From Alistipes sp. (GTDB lineage Bacteria > Bacteroidota > Bacteroidia > Bacteroidales > Rikenellaceae): DNA of 64,000 bases. Numbering within the stretch: the first letter of the stretch is position 1; each line of letters opens with the position of its first letter. Of this stretch, positions 51,251-63,133 are shown one piece after another. The notes under the pieces were generated by a model. It was not told the DNA's origin, searched no databases, and worked only from the letters and a program-made list of their open reading frames with translations. The stretch spans positions 47,478 through 111,477 of the forward strand of contig JAFQCA010000010.1 in NCBI GenBank assembly GCA_017399485.1. The letters run 5' to 3'. The position numbers were made by a program, and so were the translations under genes.

Positions 51251-52002
51251 CTCACATCAATATTTAATCGTTTCAACTCCTGTTTCAAATCGCCAACCGT
51301 TATCTCTCCAAAATGGAATATACTTGCAGCCAAAGCAGCATCTGCCTTGCCTACGGTCAGCACCTCGGCAATGTCGGCCACAGAGCCTGCTCCTCCCGAC
51401 GCTATTATCGGAATCGAGAGCCTATCAGCCAAACGCGCAAACGTTTCACAAGGGTATCCCGAGCGTGTTCCATCGTGATTCATTGAGGTGAACAGAATCT
51501 CACCTGCACCTCTCTCTTGCGCCTCTTGCGCCCACGAGAATAACTCTTTATCGCTTGGGCGGCTACCACCGTGTGTAGTGGCTCGCCATACGCCATCATC
51601 CATCAGGCGGGCATCAATGGCCACAACAACAAATTGACTACCATAACGTGCTGCAATAGAATCTATCAATGACGGATTGGCTATTGCTGCACTGTTTATA
51701 GATATCTTATCAGCCCCTGCATCAAGCAGACGTGCAGCATCCTCCAACGTCGATATACCGCCACCTACCGTAAACGGGATATTTATACCGTCAGATATTC
51801 TCTCCACCAATTTGGTAAATGTCTGACGACCTTCACGTGTCGCACTTATATCAAGATATACCAATTCATCAGCACCACAACGAGCATAATACTGTCCCAA
51901 TTCGACAGCATCACCCACATCGCGTAAATCGACAAAATTAACCCCCTTTACAGTGCGGCCCTCCTTAACATCAAGGCAAGGTATTATACGTTTAGCAACC
52001 AT
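51244..52002 (-). CDS. hisF: Imidazole glycerol phosphate synthase cyclase subunit
   Basis: [28 protein letters not shown] and ASGGAG. Confidence 0.97.
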   Translation of the reverse strand: MVAKRIIPCLDVKEGRTVKGVNFVDLRDVGDAVELGQYYARCGADELVYLDISATREGRQTFTKLVERISDGINIPFTVGGGISTLEDAARLLDAGADKISINSAAIANPSLIDSIAARYGSQFVVVAIDARLMDDGVWRATTHGGSRPSDKELFSWAQEAQERGAGEILFTSMNHDGTRSGYPCETFARLADRLSIPIIASGGAGSVADIAEVLTVGKADAALAASIFHFGEITVGDLKQELKRLNIDVRC

Positions 52003-52715
52003 TGCTCAATATCTTTTAGTGTTATACGGTTTTCGTAAATTGCCTTACCGACAATCACTTTTCGCAAATGCAACTCTTCGGCCTTTTCGATATCGGCCAT
52101 CGAGCCAATACCCCCCGACACCGTAAAATCGACATCCTCGTAACGACTCTGTAAATCGGTATACAGTTCAAACGATGGGCCTTTCAACATTCCATCTTTT
52201 GTAATATCGGTACATATAACCTGCGACAATCCATAAGGCTTAAAGAACTCTATCAACTCTTCGATTGAAAGGGCCAAATCCTCAAGCCAGCCATTCACCG
52301 AGACCTTACCGTTACGCACATCCGCGCCCAATACCATTCTCTCCCCGCCAAACATCTCCAACCATTCGGCAAAGAGTTCTTGCTTTTGTGCGGCGACACT
52401 ACCCACGATAGCATACGTAGCACCATAGTCGAATATGGCTCTCAACGCCTCCTCACTCTTCAAGCCTCCACCCCACTCTATCTCAACCGATGCACCCACA
52501 GCCATACGCTCCAGCAACTTCAGATTTTTGGGAGAAGATGACTTCGCGCCATCCAAATCAACAACGTGTATACGTTTGACACCACAATCCGCATAGCGTT
52601 TGGCCATATCTACAGGCGAGGCGTCGTACACCTTGCGCTGCGCATAATCACCTTGCGACAAACGCACGCAACGTCCTTCTATAATATCAATTGCGGGAAT
52701 TATCTCAACCATCAC
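51984..52715 (-). CDS. hisA: ProFAR isomerase
   Basis: [23 protein letters not shown] and [10 protein letters not shown]. Confidence 0.96.
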   Translation of the reverse strand: MMVEIIPAIDIIEGRCVRLSQGDYAQRKVYDASPVDMAKRYADCGVKRIHVVDLDGAKSSSPKNLKLLERMAVGASVEIEWGGGLKSEEALRAIFDYGATYAIVGSVAAQKQELFAEWLEMFGGERMVLGADVRNGKVSVNGWLEDLALSIEELIEFFKPYGLSQVICTDITKDGMLKGPSFELYTDLQSRYEDVDFTVSGGIGSMADIEKAEELHLRKVIVGKAIYENRITLKDIEQWLLNV

Positions 52716-52736
52716 TTTAAGTTATTATATTCGATT

Positions 52737-53321
52737 TTACAATCGCAAAAAGTTCTCAATTATTCGCTCACCCACATCACCACTCTTTTCGGGATGGAAC
52801 TGCGTTCCATAGAAATTCTCATATTTTAGAGCCGCACTAAACATCACACCGTGACACGATGTGGCGATAGTATCAGAACATAATTCGGGGTAATAGGAGT
52901 GTACGAAATAGACATACTCTCCACCGTCAATACCCTTAAATAGTTTCGATTCCAGATTACCAATCGTATTCCACCCCATATGCGGCACCTTCAAATCAGC
53001 AGACGGCTCAAAACGCTTAACACGAGCATCAAACAGATTGAGGCAATCGACATCCCCCTCCTCGCTATGGCGACACATCACCTGCATACCGACACATATA
53101 CCCAACACAGGACGACGCAACGAGCGTACTACATCCACCAGCGAAGCACTGCGCAGATTCTCCATAGCCTCGGCAGCATTACCCACACCCGGCATCAACA
53201 CCTTATCGGCAGAGCGAATAACATCGGCATCATCCGTCACCGTAAATTCGGCTCCAAGACGCTTCAGGGCATTCTCTACCGAACGGAGGTTACCCATCTT
53301 ATAATCCAATATCGCTATCAT
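52737..53321 (-). CDS. hisH: Imidazole glycerol phosphate synthase glutaminase subunit
   Basis: [18 protein letters not shown] and QFHPEKSG. Confidence 0.97.
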   Translation of the reverse strand: MIAILDYKMGNLRSVENALKRLGAEFTVTDDADVIRSADKVLMPGVGNAAEAMENLRSASLVDVVRSLRRPVLGICVGMQVMCRHSEEGDVDCLNLFDARVKRFEPSADLKVPHMGWNTIGNLESKLFKGIDGGEYVYFVHSYYPELCSDTIATSCHGVMFSAALKYENFYGTQFHPEKSGDVGERIIENFLRL

Positions 53322-54445
53322 AGAACTCCTTTGCTTGAGGGTAAATCATACTTAAAAACATCACGCCTTACGGCCATCTTCAGAGCGCGGGCAAAGGCCT
53401 TGAACACGCCCTCTATCAAGTGGTGATTATTCTCTCCACGAGCCTCGATGTGCAGGTTGCATCGCATAGCCACACACATCGATTTGAAGAAGTGCTTAAA
53501 CATCTCTGTCGGCACATCGCCTACCCTTTCACGCGTAAACGGCACATCCCACACAAAATCGGCGCGGCCACCAAAATCAATCAACACCATAGCACGACAC
53601 TCATCCATAGGCAACACAAAACCATAGCGGTCAATACCTCTCTTTGAGCCAAGTGCCTGATATATAGCCTCACCCAGCACAATTGCGACATCCTCGATGG
53701 TATGATGCTCATCTACGTGCAAATCACCCTTACACTCCAACTTTAGCGACACACCTGCGTGGTGCGGCAGTTGCCAAAGCATATGGTCAAAGAAGTTAAG
53801 TCCTGTCGATATTTCCGACACCCCTGCGCCATCAAGGTCCAACTTAACTTTTATAGCTGTCTCCGACGTCACTCGGTTTATCTCGGCTGTTCGCTCGGTA
53901 CGACGCAGAAACTCAGCCACATCGCTCCAGCGAGGCGTTATTAGCACACAACTCTCGGCAAACAATTTTCCTTCTAACATCTTCTCGCCGACAGATACTT
54001 GTTGCAACAGGATAGCCTTCGCGCCGAGGTTTGCCGCCAACTCCACATCAGTCGCTCTATCGCCTATTACATAACTTTGTGACATATCGTAATCTTCGGA
54101 TAGATATTTCGTAAACATCCCCGTCTGCGGCTTTCGAGTCGGAGCATTTTCCTGCGGAAAGGTAGGGTCAATCAGTTGGTCATCGAAGAATACACCCTCA
54201 CCTGCCAATGTTCGCAACATTTTGGTATGCGCAGGCCAGAAAGTCTCTTCGGGGAAAGAGTCTGTCCCCAAACCATCCTGATTAGATGCCAAAACCAATT
54301 CATAATCGAGTTCCGCAAGCGATTTCATACCAGATATTGCCCCCACAACAAACTCCAATTTCTCAAGCGAATCGACTTGAAAATCTTCAGGCGGCTCAAC
54401 CAATATCGTACCGTCGCGGTCAATAAACAACACTCTATTTTTCAT
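53318..54445 (-). CDS. hisB: Bifunctional histidinol-phosphatase / IGP dehydratase (HisNB fusion)
   Basis: N-terminal HAD motif FIDRDGT and RKP; C-terminal [14 protein letters not shown] and NNHHLIE. Confidence 0.96.
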   Translation of the reverse strand: MKNRVLFIDRDGTILVEPPEDFQVDSLEKLEFVVGAISGMKSLAELDYELVLASNQDGLGTDSFPEETFWPAHTKMLRTLAGEGVFFDDQLIDPTFPQENAPTRKPQTGMFTKYLSEDYDMSQSYVIGDRATDVELAANLGAKAILLQQVSVGEKMLEGKLFAESCVLITPRWSDVAEFLRRTERTAEINRVTSETAIKVKLDLDGAGVSEISTGLNFFDHMLWQLPHHAGVSLKLECKGDLHVDEHHTIEDVAIVLGEAIYQALGSKRGIDRYGFVLPMDECRAMVLIDFGGRADFVWDVPFTRERVGDVPTEMFKHFFKSMCVAMRCNLHIEARGENNHHLIEGVFKAFARALKMAVRRDVFKYDLPSSKGVL

Positions 54446-55472
54446 ATCTCTTAAGCGACTCTAAAAGTTTATCATTCTCTCCACTGAGGCTAATCGTTAT
54501 ACGCAGACACCCCTCACAACCCTTCACACGATTACGGTTGCGCACAATAATCTTATCGGCAATAAGATGCTCGTAAACGGCATCGGCATCATCCACCTTA
54601 ACCAACAAAAAGTTGGCATCAGAGGGATAGATATGCTTAACAAAAGGCAACTTGGCAATCTCCTCAGCAACCTCTTGACGCTGCGACTTAATCTCGGCCA
54701 AATCCTCATCAATGGGATACATCAGTAACTGCATTACAATCTGCTGTGCCGCAATGTTGATATTATAGGGATACTTCACCTGCGAGAACAGCGCCACGAT
54801 GCGTTCATCGGCCAATGCCAACCCCAATCGCAATCCGGCCATTGCCCACGCTTTTGAGAGAGTTTGCAGGATAATCAGATTGGGACGATTAAAAATCTCC
54901 ACCTTCAGGCTATCCACTTCGGCAAAATCAATGTACGCTTCATCAACCACAACCAACCCCTCAAACTCATCCACCAAACGTAACATCTCTTCACGAGGGA
55001 ATGAATTACCCGTAGGGTTATTCGGCGAACAGAGGAATATAGCCTTCGTGTGTTCATCGGCAACGGCCAGCAACTCATCTGTCGGCAACTCAAAGTTCTC
55101 AAGCAACTCCACCTCACGCAACTCAACATCGTTCATTGCCGCAGCAACTTTATACATACCATAACTCGGGGTTATAGCCACAACATTATCCTTACGAGGC
55201 TCGCAGAACACCCTAAAGACCAAATCTATGGCCTCATCGCTACCATTTCCGATAAATATATTTCTGCTCGGCACGCCCTTTATCTCCGACAATCGCTCTT
55301 TTAGTTGTTTCTGATGGGGGTCGGGATAACGATTATAGCCGTTATTGAACGGGCTTTCGTTAGCATCCAGGAATACGCCCAACTCACCTTCATACTCATC
55401 ACGCGCCGTCGAATAGGGCTGAAGGGCCGCGATATTTGCTCTAACAAGCGACTCTATGGTTTTACTCTTCAT
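54435..55472 (-). CDS. hisC: Histidinol-phosphate aminotransferase
   Basis: [24 protein letters not shown] and [14 protein letters not shown]. Confidence 0.97.
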   Translation of the reverse strand: MKSKTIESLVRANIAALQPYSTARDEYEGELGVFLDANESPFNNGYNRYPDPHQKQLKERLSEIKGVPSRNIFIGNGSDEAIDLVFRVFCEPRKDNVVAITPSYGMYKVAAAMNDVELREVELLENFELPTDELLAVADEHTKAIFLCSPNNPTGNSFPREEMLRLVDEFEGLVVVDEAYIDFAEVDSLKVEIFNRPNLIILQTLSKAWAMAGLRLGLALADERIVALFSQVKYPYNINIAAQQIVMQLLMYPIDEDLAEIKSQRQEVAEEIAKLPFVKHIYPSDANFLLVKVDDADAVYEHLIADKIIVRNRNRVKGCEGCLRITISLSGENDKLLESLKRYEK

Positions 55473-55479
55473 AATTCTT

Positions 55480-56757
55480 CTAATTTTCGATTCTTACTTT
55501 GACAGCCGCAGCGTGAGCCTCCAGACCTTCGGCCTCAGCCATAGCAATAATTGTTGGAGCAAGCGAACTTATACCCTCTTGGGACAACTCCTGAATGGTT
55601 ATCTTTCGCACGAAACTATCAATATTCACTCCGCTGCACGAATGAGCCCACCCCGATGTAGGGAGAGTATGGTTTGTACCCGAAGCATAATCGCCAGCAC
55701 TCTCTGGTGAGTAATTTCCAATAAAAATACTGCCTGCAGCGGTAATCTTATCCACGACATCCCACGCCGACACCATCGACACTATAAGGTGTTCTGCGGC
55801 ATATTCATTGGCAAAAGCAATCATATCATCCCTATTATCAAAGACTATGGCTCGGCTATTGGCAAGCGATTCGGCTACATAATCTGCACGCGAAAGCAAT
55901 ACCCGCTGACGTTCAACCTCCGCTGCAACACTCTCGGCCAACGCAATACTGTCACACACCACGATTGCCTGACTATCGCGCCCGTGCTCCGCCTGCGAAA
56001 GCATATCGGCAGCCACAAACGTCGGATTAGCCGAAGCATCGGCCAGCACCATCACTTCGGAGGGGCCCGCAGGCATATCTATAGCCGTATTACGCGCAGC
56101 AACCATCTGCTTGGCCATCGTAACATAACGATTACCGGGTCCGAAAATCTTATCAACCTTAGGTATTGACTCTGTACCGTATGCCATAGCCGCGATAGCC
56201 TGCGCACCTCCCGCCTTATATACATTTGTCACGCCACAACGACGTGCCGCATACAATACCTCAGCAGCCACTCGACCTTGCTTATCGGTAGGAGTACACA
56301 ATATAATCTCTCCACAGCCGGCAATCTCGGCAGGTAGCGCCAACATCAAAACGGTAGAAAACAGAGGAGCCGTACCGCCGGGTATATACAACCCGACACG
56401 ACGTATCGCCACAGGACGCTGCACACACTCCACACCCTCTTGTGTTATAACTTTCAACTCTTTTGGCAATTGCGCACGATGAAATGCCGATATGTTTTTA
56501 ACTGCAACTTCTATGGCCGATTTCACCTCATCACTCACCCTACTTTCAGCATAAGCAAACTCCTCATCGGTAACGACAAGCGAATCAAGGTTCACACCAT
56601 CAATCTGCTCGGCCAATGCAAATAACGCGGCATCGCCCTCACGCGCTACACGCTCAACGATGGCCTCAACACGCTCTGCAATCTGGCTATTATCCTGCTC
56701 GGCACGACGACACAACTCCCGCCACTCCTCTCGCGGAGGATTCTGATAAATCTTCAT
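55480..56757 (-). CDS. hisD: Histidinol dehydrogenase
   Basis: GLYIPGG, GGAQAIAA, DMPAGPSE, SQAEH and GDYASGTNHTLPT. Confidence 0.97.
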   Translation of the reverse strand: MKIYQNPPREEWRELCRRAEQDNSQIAERVEAIVERVAREGDAALFALAEQIDGVNLDSLVVTDEEFAYAESRVSDEVKSAIEVAVKNISAFHRAQLPKELKVITQEGVECVQRPVAIRRVGLYIPGGTAPLFSTVLMLALPAEIAGCGEIILCTPTDKQGRVAAEVLYAARRCGVTNVYKAGGAQAIAAMAYGTESIPKVDKIFGPGNRYVTMAKQMVAARNTAIDMPAGPSEVMVLADASANPTFVAADMLSQAEHGRDSQAIVVCDSIALAESVAAEVERQRVLLSRADYVAESLANSRAIVFDNRDDMIAFANEYAAEHLIVSMVSAWDVVDKITAAGSIFIGNYSPESAGDYASGTNHTLPTSGWAHSCSGVNIDSFVRKITIQELSQEGISSLAPTIIAMAEAEGLEAHAAAVKVRIEN

Positions 56758-56761
56758 ACCT

Positions 56762-57613
56762 CTACGGAATTATCTTATCCAACGTAAGTACTAATATACC
56801 CTCGGCTCCAATGGCCTTCAACTGACGCACCTTATCCCACAAATCGGCAGCATCGACAACCGAGTGCAGCGAACACCACCCCTCGACAGCCAAAGGCATT
56901 ACCGTCGGGCTACGCATCGCAGGCAGAATCTTTACAGCCTCGTCCAATGCGGCAGTAGGTATATTCATCAACAGATACTTTTTACCGCGACTTACGCGCT
57001 CCGACTCTATGCGGAACAGCAACTCATCAAGCACTTCGCGCTCCTCATCCGAGAGATTACGATTAGCAATCAAAACCGCTTCTGATTCGAACACTCGTTC
57101 AACCTCTTTCAAACCATTAGTAACGAGTGTACCGCCAGACGAAACGATATCGAAAATAGCATCGGCAATACCCGCAGCAGGGGCAATCTCTACCGAGCCC
57201 GTAATAACCTCAATCTGGGCCGTCACGCCGCGCTCGGCAAGAAACTTCCGCAAAACAACAGGATATGAAGTAGCGATACGCTTACCCTCGAAATACTCCA
57301 CTCCATTATACTCATCTCCCTTAGGTATAGCCAACGATATACGGCAACCTCCGAAACCCAACTTAGCAACCACCTCGACATCGCATCCTCGCTCGGCCAC
57401 CTCATTCAAGCCGACAATACCCAATGTCGCCGTTCCATTCTCTACCACTTGCGGGATATCGTCATCACGAAGATACAACACCTCGATAGGAAAGTTAGCC
57501 GCTTTGGAAAGGAACTTACGTTTCGCGCCCTCTACATCAATACCTATCTCGTGCAAGAGTGCCGTACTCTGCTCATTCAATCGCCCTTTGGTCTGGATAG
57601 CAATTCTCAACAT
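56762..57613 (-). CDS. hisG: ATP phosphoribosyltransferase (long form)
   Basis: IAIQTKGRL, RDDDIP, IATSYP, GSVEIAP and DIVSSGGTL, with a C-terminal ACT-like domain. Confidence 0.97.
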   Translation of the reverse strand: MLRIAIQTKGRLNEQSTALLHEIGIDVEGAKRKFLSKAANFPIEVLYLRDDDIPQVVENGTATLGIVGLNEVAERGCDVEVVAKLGFGGCRISLAIPKGDEYNGVEYFEGKRIATSYPVVLRKFLAERGVTAQIEVITGSVEIAPAAGIADAIFDIVSSGGTLVTNGLKEVERVFESEAVLIANRNLSDEEREVLDELLFRIESERVSRGKKYLLMNIPTAALDEAVKILPAMRSPTVMPLAVEGWCSLHSVVDAADLWDKVRQLKAIGAEGILVLTLDKIIP

Positions 57614-57677
57614 AACCTAACTTATTTATTTCGTTTTTCAATCATTATAACCTCTTAAAGATGGTTTTCGCATCAAT

Positions 57678-57708
57678 AAAAAAAGCCTACCACATCAATT
57701 GGTAAGCC
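57678..57708 (-). terminator. his attenuator terminator
   Basis: Minus strand GCTTACCA-ATTGATG-TGGTAGGC followed by T7. It lies between the leader peptide and hisG. Confidence 0.85.
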
Positions 57709-57743
57709 TTCTATATGAGTTATACTATGCTACACTCCACGAC

Positions 57744-57800
57744 CTACCCTATCTCTCGCAAGATATGGTGATGATGGTGGATATTTAGCAACATTGTCAT
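57744..57800 (-). CDS. hisL: his operon leader peptide MTMLLNIHHHHHILREIG
   Basis: Hand-translated 18-aa ORF with five consecutive His codons (CAC CAT CAT CAC CAT) upstream of the terminator and hisG. Too short for the ORF track. Confidence 0.88.
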   Translation of the reverse strand: MTMLLNIHHHHHILREIG

Positions 57801-57906
57801 TATTCGTTCTTTGTTTGAGCAAATATACAAATTAATCTCTATTGTTATTCACTTTTATGCAAAAAAATTTAATTTCCTGCCTGTTTTTATGAATACAGAT
57901 GCATTT

Positions 57907-58752
57907 TTATGACTTGATTTCGAATAATCGCATCTCTGCGAGGTCCACTCCATCTACAATATGCGGCATAGCATAACGTTCAACCGTATATTCGGTCCCA
58001 TTATAAAACTTTGCATTTGGCCTAACTTGAACTACTCCTCGACGAGCAAGGCTAATCAAACGATGGTGCAAGAAACTGTCTCCCACGCCAAAATCCACAT
58101 CGCAAAGCAATCTGCCGACCACACGCGGTGCAGCACACCACTCTCCACGACACAACGCCAGCAATGCCTCATCATAGACCTCTTCTTCGACCTCCAAAAT
58201 CTCCCCCGTCTTATCCAGCACTCGCAACGCAGCCACCGATTTCGACCATTCCGTCCACTGCTTAGCCGCCTCGTCTTTCTGCTCCACGTCAACAGGCTGC
58301 ACGCAACTTAAAAGATAGTTGATATTCTCCCTTGAACAGACACTCAGCGAAAGCGCCCCTACGTTCTTGTTTGGCAGCATCTGCCGCAATGGTGTCAAAT
58401 CAACCTCACACAACGCCACATCAACCAACGAGCATACCATATAATAAAAGAGTATATCACCCGCCGACGTACCACGCCAGACAACGACTTCATCGTAGGC
58501 CGAAAAATCGTGCTTAACGAAAGAGAGTATATCGCCATACAATTTATTAATACACTCCTCCGAAGAGTGGAATATCTCACCACACCGAGCAACATACTCC
58601 TCTATCTCCGCATCATCAAACGATGGAAACAGAGGCGCATAATTCAATATAGCAGGGAAAGACACGACACAATCTTCCGAGCCCTCCGTAGACAAAGCAA
58701 GGCGCAGTATTCCTGCGCCCGACTCTCCATATACCAAATGCAACCGACTCAT
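57907..58752 (-). CDS. DUF1835/DUF3658-like protein
   Basis: HLVYGESGAGIL, VVVWRG, APRVVGRLL and GDSFLHHRL. Confidence 0.7.
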   Translation of the reverse strand: MSRLHLVYGESGAGILRLALSTEGSEDCVVSFPAILNYAPLFPSFDDAEIEEYVARCGEIFHSSEECINKLYGDILSFVKHDFSAYDEVVVWRGTSAGDILFYYMVCSLVDVALCEVDLTPLRQMLPNKNVGALSLSVCSRENINYLLSCVQPVDVEQKDEAAKQWTEWSKSVAALRVLDKTGEILEVEEEVYDEALLALCRGEWCAAPRVVGRLLCDVDFGVGDSFLHHRLISLARRGVVQVRPNAKFYNGTEYTVERYAMPHIVDGVDLAEMRLFEIKS

Positions 58753-58768
58753 TTTTTTACTCTGCGAG

Positions 58769-59359
58769 TTAAGATACAGGAGCTTCGCCCTCTACATTAA
58801 GGTTTACCTTAACATATTTATATCCTCGATGGTGCAACTCCAACGACACGCCCAACTCAAAGAATACCTTAACCACGCGGGCAAACAGATGGAACGCCAT
58901 CACGCTCTGCGGCTCGATACCCTCCTTACGAATCATCGTTTGAGCAGTATGAGCGCATTTACGGATAGTCGATTCAAGTTTTTGGTTCTCCTCGCTATCC
59001 AACTTATATCCCACCAGACACTCTATTACATACTCATCCAAAGCATCGAATCCACGCGGTTTGGCCATCAGCGTATACCAATCTTCGGTATCCTTATAGT
59101 CGCCCCACGACTTATCCCACAGTACTGCGGCGCCCATACCCACATAGCAGGCCCAAGCAATCGCAGCCGAAGGATATTCAGCAATCTGCGGAACGGCATC
59201 GACCATATATTCGGGAGCCGACGTGCGCCACTTCTCGTTTAACTCCTCCACCAACAACATTTTGCCATCCAACATCTTGTCGGCAGTACACTGCTTAACC
59301 AACGTGTCGGACAACTTCTCGGTAAACGAGTTCAAAAATTCAAGTTCTTTCTGCTCCAT
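58769..59359 (-). CDS. Conserved Bacteroidales hypothetical protein
   Basis: APEYMVDAVPQIAEYP..AWACYVGMG, GFDALDEY and IEPQSVMAFH. ATG 59359 is preferred because the track start overlaps galM. Confidence 0.75.
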   Translation of the reverse strand: MEQKELEFLNSFTEKLSDTLVKQCTADKMLDGKMLLVEELNEKWRTSAPEYMVDAVPQIAEYPSAAIAWACYVGMGAAVLWDKSWGDYKDTEDWYTLMAKPRGFDALDEYVIECLVGYKLDSEENQKLESTIRKCAHTAQTMIRKEGIEPQSVMAFHLFARVVKVFFELGVSLELHHRGYKYVKVNLNVEGEAPVS

Positions 59360-59360
59360 T

Positions 59361-60416
59361 TTAGAATGTTGACAACTTAAACACAATCTTCTGGCAATAG
59401 GTCTCTTCGGGCTGCAACACAACCGACGGGAACGACGGCTCGTTCACAGCATTGGGATAGTTCTGGCACTCGATAGCCACACCTGCATAATCCTTATATC
59501 GGCTACCCGACTTGGTGATGGGGCAGCCACCCTCCAGCCAATTACCCGTATAGACCATAGCACCAGCCTGCGATGAAAGCACCTCTACCTTACGGCCCGT
59601 AGCCTCGCAACGCAACTCTCCTACTTGTGCCAAGATATTGGGTTTCCAGCCATCCAACACAAAGAAGTGGTCGTAGCCCTTAAAATCCTTCATATAGTTA
59701 AACTCCGAGAGAATCTCATCGCCGAACTTACGCCACGAAGTGAAATCCTGTGGTGTACCCTTTACATCGAGATACTTGCCTGTCGGAATCTGTGTTGAAT
59801 CCATCTCCAAAACACGTGAGCAGTTCAAACGCAACTCGTGGTCAAGAATATCCTTGCCGCTACCCTCGCCTGCCAAATTCCAATATACGTGGTTTGTAAG
59901 GTTCACGACAGTCGTTTTATCGGTGCGAGCCATATATGTTATCTCCAACTCGTTATCATCGCTGAAATAGTAGCCAGCCTCGACATACAATTCACCGGGA
60001 TAGTTCTGCTCGCCATCGGGTGAAGTACGCGAGAAAACTACACGATTGGTCTCAACTCGACTCTCCCACAGCTGATTAGCAAAACCCTTCGAACCGCCGT
60101 GCAAGTGGTTAGGGCCATTATTGATTTCCAGCGTGTACTCTACACCATCAACCGTCATCTTACCTTTAGCAATACGATTGGCAACACGACCTACGCTCTT
60201 ACCGCTGGCTGCGCCATCGCCGAAATAACTCATAGCATCCTTGTAGCCCAACACAATGTCGTCGATGTTGCCATCGCGGTCGGGAGCCTTTACTGATACT
60301 ATAGATGCTCCAATATTACATAACTGCACCTCGCAGCCGTTGGCATTACGAATCGTATAGATTACGATAGCCTCTCCTTCGGGCGTTGCGCCCCAGATGT
60401 GTTGCAAAATCTCCAT
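59361..60416 (-). CDS. galM: Aldose 1-epimerase (galactose mutarotase)
   Basis: GRVANRI, NHLHGG, NLTNHVYWNL, DHFFV and IECQNYPNA. Confidence 0.93.
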   Translation of the reverse strand: MEILQHIWGATPEGEAIVIYTIRNANGCEVQLCNIGASIVSVKAPDRDGNIDDIVLGYKDAMSYFGDGAASGKSVGRVANRIAKGKMTVDGVEYTLEINNGPNHLHGGSKGFANQLWESRVETNRVVFSRTSPDGEQNYPGELYVEAGYYFSDDNELEITYMARTDKTTVVNLTNHVYWNLAGEGSGKDILDHELRLNCSRVLEMDSTQIPTGKYLDVKGTPQDFTSWRKFGDEILSEFNYMKDFKGYDHFFVLDGWKPNILAQVGELRCEATGRKVEVLSSQAGAMVYTGNWLEGGCPITKSGSRYKDYAGVAIECQNYPNAVNEPSFPSVVLQPEETYCQKIVFKLSTF

Positions 60417-61951
60417 TATTCGATAGGTTTTAGGTTTTCCAAAATAAAGTCAATACGCTTCAAGCACTCATCCTTGCCGATAAAAGCTGTTACGTCGTAC
60501 ATACCAGGGCCCTTACCTGCGCCAACCAACGCCAAACGCAATGTATTCATAATCTGGCCCATACCATACTCCTTCTCGGCAATCCAAGCACCCACTACAG
60601 CCTCGGTATTCTCCTTCGAGAAATCATCTATCGAGGCCAACACCTCGCGCAACTCCTTCAAACGGGCAGGATTATCGCCCTTCCAATACTTCTTGGTTTG
60701 CTTCTCGTCATACGACGTAGGTGCAACAAAGAAATATGATGTCAAATCCCACAAATCGCCAATAAACGTTGCACGCTCCTTCATTATACCTGCAGCCTTG
60801 CCTGCCAAATAGTCACTTGTCTCGACTCCATTCTCACGCAAGATGGGTTGGAACAACTCGGCCAACTCCTCATCTGTTTTACGGTGCATATATTGAGCAT
60901 TAAACCACTTTGCCTTATCGGGTTGGAAGCGGGCTCCAGACTTCGAAACGCGCTCCAACGAGAAGTTATCAATCAACTCTTGCATCGAGAACAACTCCTG
61001 CTCCGTACCAGGGTTCCAGCCCAACAGAGCCAGCATATTCACGAATGCCTCGGCAAAATATCCATCCTCACGATAGCCGTGAGCCGTCTCGCCCGTCGTG
61101 GGTGAAGTCCAGAACAGCGGGAACACAGGGAAACCCATCTTGTCGCCATCACGCTTCGAGAGTTTACCACCTCCCGTCGGCTTCAACAACAGAGGCAAGT
61201 GCGCAAACTGCGGCTGCGAATCCTGCCAGCCAAAGGCACGATACAGCAAATAGTGCAACGGCAACGACGGCAACCACTCCTCGCCACGAATAACGTGAGA
61301 AATCTCCATCAAATGGTCATCTACAATATTTGCCAAATGGTATGTAGGAAGCGCATCAGCACTCTTATAAAGCACCTTATCGTCCAACGTAGATGTATTT
61401 ACCTTAACGTGGCCACGAATCAAATCGTCCATCTCGACAATCTCATTCTCGGGCATCTTGAAACGTACCACCCAAATATCACCGCGTGCAATACGCTCCT
61501 CAACCTCCTCCTTCGAGAGGCTCAACGATGTGGGCAACTTCTCGCGAACAGAATAGTTATAGGCGAATGTCTGACCGACAGCCTCAGCCTCCTTACGCAA
61601 GGCATCCAACTCCTCTGCGGTATCGAAAGCGTAATATGCCCATCCTGCCTCAACGAGTTGCTTGGCATATTTCAAATAAATCTCCTTGCGCTCGCTCTGA
61701 CGATATGGAGCGTGAGGTCCGCCAACACCGACACCCTCGTCAATCTCAATACCGCACCACTTGAGCGATTCGATGATATACTCTTCTGCTCCAGGCACGA
61801 AACGCTGCGAATCGGTATCCTCGATACGCAGAATCATCTTACCGCCATTGCGGCGCGCAAACAAATAGTTGTAAAGTGCTGTACGCACACCACCCATATG
61901 CAGGGGGCCCGTAGGACTTGGCGCAAAACGCACACGAACTTCTCTTGACAT
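60416..61951 (-). CDS. gltX: Glutamyl-tRNA synthetase
   Basis: [32 protein letters not shown] and KLSKRDG. Confidence 0.97.
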   Translation of the reverse strand: MSREVRVRFAPSPTGPLHMGGVRTALYNYLFARRNGGKMILRIEDTDSQRFVPGAEEYIIESLKWCGIEIDEGVGVGGPHAPYRQSERKEIYLKYAKQLVEAGWAYYAFDTAEELDALRKEAEAVGQTFAYNYSVREKLPTSLSLSKEEVEERIARGDIWVVRFKMPENEIVEMDDLIRGHVKVNTSTLDDKVLYKSADALPTYHLANIVDDHLMEISHVIRGEEWLPSLPLHYLLYRAFGWQDSQPQFAHLPLLLKPTGGGKLSKRDGDKMGFPVFPLFWTSPTTGETAHGYREDGYFAEAFVNMLALLGWNPGTEQELFSMQELIDNFSLERVSKSGARFQPDKAKWFNAQYMHRKTDEELAELFQPILRENGVETSDYLAGKAAGIMKERATFIGDLWDLTSYFFVAPTSYDEKQTKKYWKGDNPARLKELREVLASIDDFSKENTEAVVGAWIAEKEYGMGQIMNTLRLALVGAGKGPGMYDVTAFIGKDECLKRIDFILENLKPIE

Positions 61952-61973
61952 AGTTTTCTTATATTTTAGTTTC

Positions 61974-62351
61974 TTATTTATTTTTCTTCTTTTCTTTAAT
62001 CTTTAGCCAACCTGCCAATAGGAGCGATACCACCAAATAGGCAAGAGAATATACAAGCACACCTCTACTGAATCCGTGAGTCGCGGGATACTGCTCTTGT
62101 AACAAAGTATTGGCATCTACCGCAAGACACACTGACACGAAAAACGACAAAGAATACAGAATCTTATTATCATTCTTATTGCGCTCTATTACGGGCATCG
62201 GCACCAAAAACTGTATCTGCCACAGAGTAAAAGTCCACATCCACATCGCCCAATATACCGCAGTGGGGAAATAGATTGCGACAACAGTCAACGCCGTAGC
62301 AACTGCAGCAAAAACACCTGCAACAATCTGAAATATTCTCCAAATATCCAT
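61974..62351 (-). CDS. Small hypothetical membrane protein
   Basis: 125 aa with 3-4 hydrophobic helices and a basic C-terminal tail; co-oriented and closely spaced with its neighbours. Confidence 0.6.
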   Translation of the reverse strand: MDIWRIFQIVAGVFAAVATALTVVAIYFPTAVYWAMWMWTFTLWQIQFLVPMPVIERNKNDNKILYSLSFFVSVCLAVDANTLLQEQYPATHGFSRGVLVYSLAYLVVSLLLAGWLKIKEKKKNK

Positions 62352-62375
62352 AGCAGTTAATAGTCTTCCACGATA

Positions 62376-63119
62376 TTACTTTACACGATATTCAACTCGC
62401 ATTGTTATTCGTGCTTTCTTCTGGCGTGAGGTGGTATTAAATGAGCCTCCTGCCGAAAACTCCTCGTTGGAGTTGGCTCCCGTAATCTGAAATACACCCA
62501 TCTTTGCCGAGGCTACACGACCAATCGCAGCACCTGCATTCTCGGCTATCTTCTCGGCACGGGCGCGAGCGTCAGCCGAAGCGCGCTCTATGAGAGATAG
62601 TTTCACATCATCCAACTTCGTATAATAGTACGAGGGCTGATAGGCCTCAATCGAAACACCCTGCGCAATAAGGGCCGATATTTCGCGCGAGATATTTTCC
62701 ACCTTATCTACATCCGAAGACTCAATCGAAAAGCCTTGACTCAGACGATATCCCGTAAAACGCTGGCCGGCATAATTACCGCTGGCATTATAGACAGGCT
62801 CAGTCTGTTTATATACATTCACAAACTTAAACACCACCTGCTCGGCAGCAACTCCTCGCGATGTAATAAACTCCAAGACTTTTTGCTTATTACGCTCCAA
62901 CTGGGCATAGCCCGATGCTACATCCTGCGTCTCATAGACAATCTCACCATTCCACACAATCAAATCTGACGCAAACTCCGTTTCGCCCAAACCCGTCACA
63001 ACGATAGTATCCTGCGAACGATACTTATAGGTGTAGGCTCGGCCCAATAGCCACGCCGCAACAACTACGGCAAGCGCGATGATAACGTATTTCAAATTTG
63101 TCTTCATAGTACAGAGCAA
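62376..63119 (-). CDS. SIMPL-domain protein (DUF541)
   Basis: IVVTGLGETEFASDLIVW, DARARAEKIA, GVFQITG and KKARITMRVEY. Confidence 0.88.
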   Translation of the reverse strand: MLCTMKTNLKYVIIALAVVVAAWLLGRAYTYKYRSQDTIVVTGLGETEFASDLIVWNGEIVYETQDVASGYAQLERNKQKVLEFITSRGVAAEQVVFKFVNVYKQTEPVYNASGNYAGQRFTGYRLSQGFSIESSDVDKVENISREISALIAQGVSIEAYQPSYYYTKLDDVKLSLIERASADARARAEKIAENAGAAIGRVASAKMGVFQITGANSNEEFSAGGSFNTTSRQKKARITMRVEYRVK

Positions 63120-63133
63120 TTCAAAATTTTATT

